From assembly GCA_028276165.1 (NCBI GenBank), contig JAPYWV010000001.1, positions 1-43,370 of the forward strand: a DNA stretch of 43,370 nt, given 5' to 3'. Shown here piece by piece: positions 1 to 6,569 of the stretch; within the stretch, counting starts at the first letter, position 1; each line of letters begins with the position of its first letter. The translations under genes and the position numbers were made by a program. Under the pieces are notes generated by a model. That model was not told the origin of the DNA. It did not search any database and saw only the letters and a program-made list of their open reading frames with translations. This DNA comes from Acidilobaceae archaeon (lineage in GTDB: Archaea; Thermoproteota; Thermoprotei_A; Sulfolobales; Acidilobaceae).

Positions 1-864
1 TCACTCTACCAGAATCTCATAGTTTCTGCAAAACTCCCTCCTCCCATAGGATCTCCTAGACCACCTATCCCCGAGCTTAACGTTAAACCTAGACTCTAGT
101 ATCCAGAGCTCTGTTACACTTAACGGTGCTGGTACTATGATGCTCGACGGTACTCTAGCATCGTCCCTCCACTCTAGTAGCTCCACCATACTGTTGAAGA
201 TGTGAATTCCGGCATCCGGAGCTCCAGCCCTCTCTACGACCATGACAGGTGTTTCATGTAACACCCTTCTAATGTTAAGGTTTGTGGAGAGCTCCCCCTC
301 CACCTCTAATAGCTGGTGTGCTGCATCTCTTGGCCTAAGCTGACCCCCTCTTTCGTCGACATCGAGTAGTAGTAGTGTATGGGCATCGATACACAGGTTT
401 GAGTAGATAACTGCTATAACACTATAGGGTTTAATGTGCCTCCAGGGCCCGGGCACGGTTGCTGTCCTACCAAACCTATAGTATGAAAGCCCACTGTAGG
501 ATTTCGCAGCACACACCCCTGAGACGCCGGGTATATACTCGACTTCTATGTTCAACCTCCTAGCTTCAGCCAGGAGGGTTTGATGTGTTGTGGCTACAAG
601 AGGGTCTCCGGCTGACACTATTAGGACACTTCTAGCCCTAGCCTCCTCTAGCACCATACTGAGCCTATCTTCTAGTAGCTCTCTTCCGGCAACTCTAACC
701 TTACCAGCCCAGGGTTTTAGAGCCTCTAGGACCCACGTGGCCGACGGCATCGTGTACGTATCAACGTAGACTATGTCAGCTTCGTCTAGAGCTCTCACTA
801 GATCCAGAGTGAAACTACCGCTATGGACACCGCATCCCGCCAGTATTAGAGCCAATGACAGCAC
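1..864 (-). CDS. dphB: diphthine synthase (tetrapyrrole-methylase fold)
   Basis: 287-aa ORF. N-terminus LSLALILAGCG..SFTLDLVRALDEADIVYVDTYT and internal SAGDPLVATTH match the diphthine synthase pattern. GTG start at 864, stop at 1-3. TATA-like CTAATAAAC lies ~25-30 nt upstream on the minus strand. Confidence 0.85.
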   Translation of the reverse strand: MLSLALILAGCGVHSGSFTLDLVRALDEADIVYVDTYTMPSATWVLEALKPWAGKVRVAGRELLEDRLSMVLEEARARSVLIVSAGDPLVATTHQTLLAEARRLNIEVEYIPGVSGVCAAKSYSGLSYYRFGRTATVPGPWRHIKPYSVIAVIYSNLCIDAHTLLLLDVDERGGQLRPRDAAHQLLEVEGELSTNLNIRRVLHETPVMVVERAGAPDAGIHIFNSMVELLEWRDDARVPSSIIVPAPLSVTELWILESRFNVKLGDRWSRRSYGRREFCRNYEILVE

Positions 865-997
865 CGTGGAGGTTACCCTAGACTGCGGTTTATTAGTCCA
901 GCTTCTAAGCAGACTCCCTCTCTAAGCATGTTATACGATCGCTGTATCAATTTTTATAAGCTTTCAGCGAGCCACTACAGCTTGTAGGTGCCCTCTC

Positions 998-1306
998 TTG
1001 TCTAGATCGCTTAGAGGGAAGGTTGTCGTTGTGGGTGATAGGGAGACATTACCTTTATTCAGATCCGCTGGCTTCATGACCTTTGAGGCTTATAGCCAGA
1101 GTCAGGCTTTGAACATTGTCACGAGGTTGCAGAACTCCGATGACGTGGTCTTGATAGTCGTTCTAAGGCATATCCTCGATAATGAGGAGGAGTTTAAGGC
1201 TAAAACCTCCGGCTCCAGGATACCCGTGTTCGTCCTACCAACCCTCTGGTCCCCCGGAGAGCCTCTCGATGTTAACAAGTTGCTAGCTAAAGCTCTAGGC
1301 TTGTGA
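998..1306 (+). CDS. atpF: A/V-type ATP synthase subunit F
   Basis: 102 aa. KVVVVGDRETLPLFRSAGF plus the later IVVL..IPVFVLP pattern is typical of AtpF. TTG start. TATA TTTTTATAAG at ~948-960. Divergent from dphB and convergent with atpI. Confidence 0.75.
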   Translation: MSRSLRGKVVVVGDRETLPLFRSAGFMTFEAYSQSQALNIVTRLQNSDDVVLIVVLRHILDNEEEFKAKTSGSRIPVFVLPTLWSPGEPLDVNKLLAKALGL

Positions 1307-1321
1307 GGGATCTACAGTTGT

Positions 1322-3370
1322 CTAACGTGTACCCGTAAACACTATCCTAACACCTGGTATTGCTATTGGTGTGAATGGGATCCCTCCACCTATGTAGAAC
1401 TTACTAAACCACTCGTAGAAGTGTAGCCTTAGGCTGTGAGCGAAGGCTAGTATGCCCTCTAACGCTATGACCATCAGGTTACCTATGGCGTAGACGATAG
1501 CCCCCATAGCTAGGCCGATTAAGCCGAGACCAGCCATCATATCGAATATGTAGGCGAAGGCGAACATCACGCTTGAATGTGCTAAGGCTAAAGCCATGAT
1601 CCTCAGGAAGCTCGGCACATTACCCATAGCCATTAGGATAGACTCGTAAACCTCCATGAAGGATCTAGCGATACCACCCAGTGGGCTGTGACCGTGGAGG
1701 GCTGAGAGCAGAGGCTCGCCTAGGAGAAGCCATAACAGTGAAACAGTGATCCCAATGAGGATAAGCGTTGCTAGGGGGTCGCCTCCCCCCAGGTTAAGTA
1801 GGGCTAGTCCTAGCGTCTCGCCAGCCTTCCTGGCATCAAAGAGGATTAGGAATGGAAGTGTTACTGATGTGAAGAAGAGGAATTTAGGCATCTTAACTCC
1901 AATCATCTCGTCAAACTCCCTCTTGAGGTATGAGTCTACAACACCGAGCAGGGTGCCTAGTATTAGCATGAATGCTGCCATCCACAAGCTTATCGTTATA
2001 GCTCTGTAGAGTAGTTCTCCCACGAGCTCGTATAGCCCGTGTTCGACAGCGTATGTTGGTAGGGCAAGTGGGGGTACGTGTAGCCCTAGGAGGCTCCATA
2101 CAGCTGATATGTGGAGGAGTTCTGAAACCTTAGGTCCGAAGAACTCACCAGCCAGGAATCCTGTTAGCATGGATGTTAGGCCTAGAACTGTTATTATGAA
2201 AGCCCAGTCAGGGTTCCTCCTCCTGAGGTATAGTTGTGCGAAGAGTACCAAGGCGAGCCCGTGCCCAGCATCTGGGAACATGAGGCCGAAGGCTAGGGGG
2301 AAGGTTACTGCTAGGAATACTGTTGGAACCACCTCCTCTGGATCAGGCTCACCGTACATTTGAACAATCCTGTGGAACGGCTGTAGTATCCTAGGCAGTG
2401 CTACCTTGGTTGGCACCCTAACCTCACCTCTCCTAACACCAAGCCTGTACACTATGTAGGCCCCACCCGTCTCCTCCTTGAGTATCGACTCTAGCTTCCT
2501 GAAGTCGTCGGAGTCCACGTAGCCCCTAATGAACACGGATGTTCTACTTTCAAGGCTGTTAGCTAGGATCTTGAAAGCCTCCCTGAAGGCGTAGACGTAC
2601 GTGTAGTAGTTGTGGAGCTCCCCCACCCTCTCCAGGAGCTCCCCTCTAATCCTGTTAGCCTCCTCAGCAAGCTTGCTTAACCTCTCGACCACCACCTTGT
2701 AGGCCTCAGAAGGCCTCCCCGGCAGCTCTCTCGGTACGACTATGAGGTTTAAGCCTCTCCTAACGAGAGCTGGGACTACGAACCTCATAGACTCAGGTTT
2801 ACCAGCCACACCTACTAGGACTGTTCTCCCGTCAACCTCCTCTACTACGGACACCAGATTGTACTTCTCGGTAACCTCAAGCACGTACCCCTCCACACCT
2901 TTAGGTGCGATCCCGAGAGCGTACTGTAGCCTAGCAGATTCAGCTAAAACCCTAATGTCAACTGTGATGTGCTTAACAGGTTCGAGGAGCTCCTTCAACC
3001 TCCTCAGCTCAGCAACCGTAGACTCTATCTCGGCAAGCCTTGAAACTCTAACATCGAAGAATCTATCAAGCTCCCTGTAGCGTTCAACATAGCTGTTGAA
3101 GGAGGAGATCCAATCAGATACCATAACCTCAACACCCTCCCCAACAGTAGGCTGTAGCTTTAGGGCAGAGTAGTAGGACTGTATCTTGGAGAACCTCTCG
3201 GAAGCCTGAGCATAGGCCAGCTTAAACCTAGGAGATGAAGTGCCAGGAAGCTCCTTTAAGGGCTCGTCGACGTGGAGTAAGCCCTCGTTAACAAGCCTAG
3301 CAACAAGCCTATCGTATACAGGTCTGGGTACAGCTATCAGAACCTCCTCAAGCCTCCTCGCTCTAAGCAA
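1322..3370 (-). CDS. atpI: A/V-type ATP synthase subunit I (membrane a-subunit)
   Basis: 682 aa. Soluble coiled N-terminal half and polytopic C-terminal half with the conserved ..LRLHFYEWFSKFY.. (Arg-containing proton-path helix). TTG start at 3370. Confidence 0.9.
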   Translation of the reverse strand: MLRARRLEEVLIAVPRPVYDRLVARLVNEGLLHVDEPLKELPGTSSPRFKLAYAQASERFSKIQSYYSALKLQPTVGEGVEVMVSDWISSFNSYVERYRELDRFFDVRVSRLAEIESTVAELRRLKELLEPVKHITVDIRVLAESARLQYALGIAPKGVEGYVLEVTEKYNLVSVVEEVDGRTVLVGVAGKPESMRFVVPALVRRGLNLIVVPRELPGRPSEAYKVVVERLSKLAEEANRIRGELLERVGELHNYYTYVYAFREAFKILANSLESRTSVFIRGYVDSDDFRKLESILKEETGGAYIVYRLGVRRGEVRVPTKVALPRILQPFHRIVQMYGEPDPEEVVPTVFLAVTFPLAFGLMFPDAGHGLALVLFAQLYLRRRNPDWAFIITVLGLTSMLTGFLAGEFFGPKVSELLHISAVWSLLGLHVPPLALPTYAVEHGLYELVGELLYRAITISLWMAAFMLILGTLLGVVDSYLKREFDEMIGVKMPKFLFFTSVTLPFLILFDARKAGETLGLALLNLGGGDPLATLILIGITVSLLWLLLGEPLLSALHGHSPLGGIARSFMEVYESILMAMGNVPSFLRIMALALAHSSVMFAFAYIFDMMAGLGLIGLAMGAIVYAIGNLMVIALEGILAFAHSLRLHFYEWFSKFYIGGGIPFTPIAIPGVRIVFTGTR

Positions 3371-3413
3371 TCAGAGCACCAGGAGATTAACCTTCTACAT
3401 TTGAACTTAAAAA

Positions 3414-3743
3414 CCCTTAGGTGAACTCCGGGGTTACCTCAATCAGAAGACTAGAATCCTGGAACCACCCATAACATGCTTGTGAACGAAGGTAGCCGCT
3501 CCAACCACAGGGCACCCCTCTACTAGATCGCCCTCCTTCAACCCCATAGCGTTTCCCCGCTAATGGTATCTCCGTTAGCGGGGTTGGGCCTCTGTGTGGG
3601 TTCACTTGCTTCACCCACACCTCATGGGCCCCAGTCGAGCCCAACGCCACAGGGCTCCCATCTGTGGGCTAGCGTTCGTAGCCCCCCTCACCGCAGCGCG
3701 GATCACCGGGGGGCTACAGCTCACCCATACACCAGGTGTTCAC
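3414..3743 (-). ncRNA. candidate structured ncRNA (~330 nt), class unresolved; contains an L7Ae-type kink-turn hairpin
   Basis: No credible ORF in any frame. Minus-strand A/T box at 3758-3769. 5' GUGAACaCC (3743-3735) pairs 8/9 with 3' GGaGUUCAC (3429-3421), followed by U5 (plus-strand A5 at 3409-3413). Hairpins at 3717-3678 (k-turn), 3667-3647, 3620-3594 and 3583-3555. No RNase P P4 or SRP helix-8 signature strings recognised. Confidence 0.45.
3551..3627 (-). repeat. two-hairpin module, copy A (inside the ncRNA candidate)
   Basis: Hand alignment with the reverse complement of 14994-15067 gives 63 identities over 77 columns with three 1-nt gaps. Confidence 0.7.
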
Positions 3744-3757
3744 AGGTAACTAGGGGG

Positions 3758-3769
3758 TATTTAAATTTA
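3758..3769 (-). promoter_or_regulatory. TATA-like box upstream of the ncRNA candidate
   Basis: TAAATTTAAATA on the minus strand, ~20-25 nt upstream of the proposed 5' closing-stem strand. Confidence 0.4.
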
Positions 3770-3843
3770 TCGTTTACCTTGTGATTATCTATGATGGATA
3801 TAAGGCTTTGTTCTAGTTAGGGTCTTTGACGGTACTAAGTATT

Positions 3844-3874
3844 TACAGCTACCTACAGCTATTGTCTACAGCTA
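3844..3874. repeat. three direct copies of TACAGCTA (spacing 10 and 13 nt)
   Basis: Copies at 3844-3851, 3854-3861 and 3867-3874. They overlap the last codons and stop of dsrE, are followed by TTTAAAAC, and lie ~100-130 nt upstream of the ncRNA candidate's 5' end. Confidence 0.5.
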
Positions 3875-4191
3875 TTTAAAACTACCGTCAGCTCTGTAAC
3901 AGTCTGCATTGTAGTCGAGCAGGCGTACACCTCGACACCAGACTTCCTAGCCATGTCGAATATAATCTTTAGAGGTGGAACCCCACGTGGCTCCCCTCCA
4001 ATAGCCTCCTTAAGCTTACGTCCAACCTCCTCAAGCCCACCTCTAACTAGAACCCTTAACCCCCAGAATGTGAAGAAAACCTCCACCTTAACACCCATTG
4101 AGGCTGCCGTTGAAGCTATTATGAGTGCTGGGTAGACGGACTCGGGGTTATCAGATCTAACTATTATGGCTAGAGCCTCGCTACCCAACAC
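3859..4191 (-). CDS. DsrE/DsrF-family sulfur-relay protein
   Basis: 110 aa. ALAIIV..PE.VYPALIIA..AASMG..VEVFFTFWG and a conserved Cys in VYACSTTM fit the DsrE fold. The GTG start overlaps the tusA stop by 1 nt (TAGTG), suggesting translational coupling. Confidence 0.7.
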   Translation of the reverse strand: MLGSEALAIIVRSDNPESVYPALIIASTAASMGVKVEVFFTFWGLRVLVRGGLEEVGRKLKEAIGGEPRGVPPLKIIFDMARKSGVEVYACSTTMQTVTELTVVLNSCRQ

Positions 4192-4433
4192 TACCGCACC
4201 CTTCTAACCAGGGCAACTACCTCATCCCCCTCTCTACGTAACTCTAAAACCTCATGACCGGTCTCCGAAGCCCAACTAGCTAGATCTCTTTCAAACGCTG
4301 GATCCGTCGCTCTAACCTCTACAACCTCCCCAACCCTAACACTTTTGATGGACATGCTGAGAAGCATTATAGGGTAGGGGCACATATAGTTTCTAGCGTC
4401 AACACTCAAACTAGGTTTAACTCTTAAACTCAA
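4191..4433 (-). CDS. tusA: TusA/SirA-family sulfurtransferase
   Basis: 80 aa with the diagnostic DARN.MCPYP (CPxP) motif near the N-terminus. TTG start. Confidence 0.8.
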   Translation of the reverse strand: MSLRVKPSLSVDARNYMCPYPIMLLSMSIKSVRVGEVVEVRATDPAFERDLASWASETGHEVLELRREGDEVVALVRRVR

Positions 4434-4484
4434 AGCCTACACCGGTACCCCGGGTAGGGTTTGAGGTTAAATCCGCAGGTATTG

Positions 4485-4501
4485 TTTTTACAGTGTAAAA
4501 A
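4485..4501. terminator. perfect 8+1+8 palindrome TTTTTACA-G-TGTAAAAA (hairpin with T5 on both strands)
   Basis: Lies 5 nt downstream of the small RHH gene stop and ~52-68 nt upstream of the tusA start. Could act as a bidirectional terminator or as part of the tusA promoter. Confidence 0.35.
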
Positions 4502-4506
4502 AGCTT

Positions 4507-4677
4507 TTAGGTTACAATCCTAATCCTCCTAGTCTCAAAGGGGGTTTCAGAGTTCCTCATTATGTAGCTTCTCAGAGCTCTCCTAATAATCTCGCTCTTC
4601 GTTGTATTCCTCCTCTTAGAGTACTCTTCTAGTAGCTCTAGTAGATCCTCTTCTATCTTAAAGCTAACAACCTTCAT
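4507..4677 (-). CDS. ribbon-helix-helix (CopG/Arc-like) DNA-binding protein, 56 aa (not in the ORF track)
   Basis: My own translation: MKVVSFKIEEDLLELLEEYSKRRNTTKSEIIRRALRSYIMRNSETPFETRRIRIVT. It has the beta-strand (VSFKI), helix, helix (SEIIRRALRSY) signature. ATG at 4677, TAA at 4507-4509. Confidence 0.65.
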   Translation of the reverse strand: MKVVSFKIEEDLLELLEEYSKRRNTTKSEIIRRALRSYIMRNSETPFETRRIRIVT

Positions 4678-4759
4678 GCACGTCACCCCCGGCCTCCGTA
4701 CTATCTCTATAGATAGGTCTAAGGGTAAAACTCTATGCTATGGAGGGCCAACATTACAG

Positions 4760-4799
4760 CCTATTGGTCGGGAATCCATGTAACCAATAGGTATATAAG
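4760..4799 (+). promoter_or_regulatory. 9-bp inverted repeat CCTATTGGT-N14-ACCAATAGG abutting TATA box TATATAAG
   Basis: Arms at 4760-4768 and 4783-4791, TATA at 4792-4799, ATG of the 118-aa RHH gene at 4835. The layout is that of an operator for an RHH autoregulator. Confidence 0.45.
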
Positions 4800-4834
4800 T
4801 TCTGGCTAGTACTACTCTTGTAGGGGTAAGACAT

Positions 4835-5191
4835 ATGCCTACGGTACACTTAGCCCTCCCTGAGGGGATGTATAATGAGCTTAAGAGTAGGGCAGCAGAG
4901 CTGGGAATACAGGTTACGGATTTGATAAAACTCTACATTAAAATGGGCCTTGATAGAAGCTATGGGGTAAGCCAGCATGACGATGAGACCCTAGCAACCA
5001 TATCCAGGAGGGTTGAGAAGCTAGAGAGAGAGTTCAGGTTGAAGATAACGGTAACAGAGGGTAGGATGAGGGAGCTGGAGGAGACGTTAAAGTACATAAT
5101 CGAGAGGCTTGAGACGCTGGAGGAGACGTTAAGCGAGCGTAAAGCTAGAATTCTAGCTGAGAGGGAGTCGATTAGGGCTGGGAGCGTCTAG
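4835..5191 (+). CDS. RHH-domain protein with C-terminal coiled coil
   Basis: 118 aa. N-terminus VHLALPEGMYNELKSRAAELGIQVTDLIKLYI is RHH-like. The C-terminal ~60 aa are heptad-like and E/L/R-rich (LEREFRLK..LEETLKYIIERLETLEETL). Confidence 0.6.
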   Translation: MPTVHLALPEGMYNELKSRAAELGIQVTDLIKLYIKMGLDRSYGVSQHDDETLATISRRVEKLEREFRLKITVTEGRMRELEETLKYIIERLETLEETLSERKARILAERESIRAGSV

Positions 5192-5269
5192 CCGGGAGCG
5201 TTTCCCCACTAGCGGTACTCGATGGTACTCGTGTAATATCGGGCATCGTTTGCAGGCTGATATCGTGAC

Positions 5270-6328
5270 CTAGGAGCTCTTTACTCCTATGAGTGGTGTG
5301 CACCCTGATAGTAGTAACCTCCTCCTGCCATCACTTCTAATCTCTAGGAGGCTCATACCCGTTATAGCCCCTCCTTGTGTTCTTAGCTTGTAGAGCTCCT
5401 CTTCTAGGTCTAGCTCCGTGTATATACAGTGTTTGTTTAGTGCCCTCCTAGCCTCCTCTATGCTCCTTGTCTCCGACACTAGTTTCGCCATGACGCTCCT
5501 ATTGTAGGTTACACTGACGTCTAGCAGGTACAGTGTTGTAGAGACCATGTTTACCTCAACCTTCCTTGACCCTACTCTGATACTCTTCTCCCCCACGTAC
5601 CCTTCGAACGCCTCGAAGGGTATTTTTGATGCTTCGCTTGTAAACATGTCAAGGTGCTTTCTGAGAGTCCTGTACTCCCTCCTGGTGAGCCCGTAGACCC
5701 CTATGAGCCCTCCCTCCCTCGCCACCTCGCTTATCCTCGAGAGTACTGTTTGCTGACTTAGCTCCCCATCAGCTCCAGGTGCTAGAACAGCTATCATGGA
5801 TGGAACCCTTGTTTTATCGAGAGCCCCCAAGCTTATGGAGTCCGCTAGGGGGCTCCAGAGGTCGTCTTCGTAGCCTAGAGCAAGTATATCACCTCCAACA
5901 TCAACACCAACTATGGCTTCAACCCCCAACCTCTCGTTAACAACATTGAAAGCCTCAACTAGGCCGACCACACCCTTGGTTATATCAAAGAATACGGTCT
6001 TCTCTCCTAGGATCTCGGAGGCTCTAACGATTTGGGGTTTAAACCTATACCCATACCTATCAACGTAGGAGCTCCCATCAACAAGGGCAACACTCCTCCC
6101 CAGAACCTCAGCGTTCACAACCTGCTCCAATGGCACGGGGCCGGGGAAGGGGTCTAGGACGAACCTCTCCCAAACAACATTACCCAGTAGAACCCTAACA
6201 CCGAGAGCCTTAAGCTTATGGTAGAGGATTAGAGCTCCAAGACTATCCCCACCACCACCCACACCAACAACAAGCACCCTACTAACACCACGGAGGTCCT
6301 CAAGGGAGTCCACAACCAACCTAGCCAA
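5270..6328 (-). CDS. conserved archaeal protein, DUF1152-like
   Basis: 352 aa. N-terminal VLVVGVGGGGDSLGA glycine loop and overall layout recalled as DUF1152. No assignable function. TTG start. TATA TTATTTAAAC ~35-40 nt upstream. Confidence 0.55.
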   Translation of the reverse strand: MARLVVDSLEDLRGVSRVLVVGVGGGGDSLGALILYHKLKALGVRVLLGNVVWERFVLDPFPGPVPLEQVVNAEVLGRSVALVDGSSYVDRYGYRFKPQIVRASEILGEKTVFFDITKGVVGLVEAFNVVNERLGVEAIVGVDVGGDILALGYEDDLWSPLADSISLGALDKTRVPSMIAVLAPGADGELSQQTVLSRISEVAREGGLIGVYGLTRREYRTLRKHLDMFTSEASKIPFEAFEGYVGEKSIRVGSRKVEVNMVSTTLYLLDVSVTYNRSVMAKLVSETRSIEEARRALNKHCIYTELDLEEELYKLRTQGGAITGMSLLEIRSDGRRRLLLSGCTPLIGVKSS

Positions 6329-6569
6329 AACATATCCTAAGAACCTATTATGAAGGTCTAGGGTTTAAATAACAATGACCAGGGTGGCGTCATAGTGGAA
6401 ACTCGAATAAATAGTGCCCGGGGCCTTGGACGAGGTAGCTTGGAAACAACCTACACTTCAGGGTGTTATGAGTGCTATCCCCATGACAGGGTACTAGGGG
6501 TGCTTGTATACTAATCGTTCACATATAAAAATTCTCATTGACAATTCAAAGGATGGAGGGTTTAGGCAT

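Noticed and set aside
3414-3743. Calling the structured RNA RNase P RNA or SRP (7S) RNA on the basis of its size (~330 nt) and closing stem.
   Set aside because: I could not locate the near-universal P4/CR-I string (GAGGAAAGUCC) and ACAGAA...GGCUUA partner of RNase P. I also could not find the SRP helix-8 GGAA tetraloop/AGCA motif (..CCCGGAAGGGAGCAAC..). Only a covariance-model search can settle this, so the class is left open.
3417-3784. Track ORFs 3417..3650(-) (77 aa) and 3563..3784(+) (73 aa) as protein-coding genes. One alternative minus-strand frame also gives ..NAMGLKEGDLVEGCPVVGAATFV.., which superficially recalls the GIkdGDlV motif of molybdopterin dinucleotide-binding domains.
   Set aside because: Both ORFs are low-complexity (G/P/S/R/H-rich), have no motif support and lie on top of dense stem-loop structure. 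The GLKEGDLVEG match is a ~10-residue motif in a 35-codon frame bounded by stops, which is too short to separate from chance. An ancient coding remnant cannot be fully excluded.
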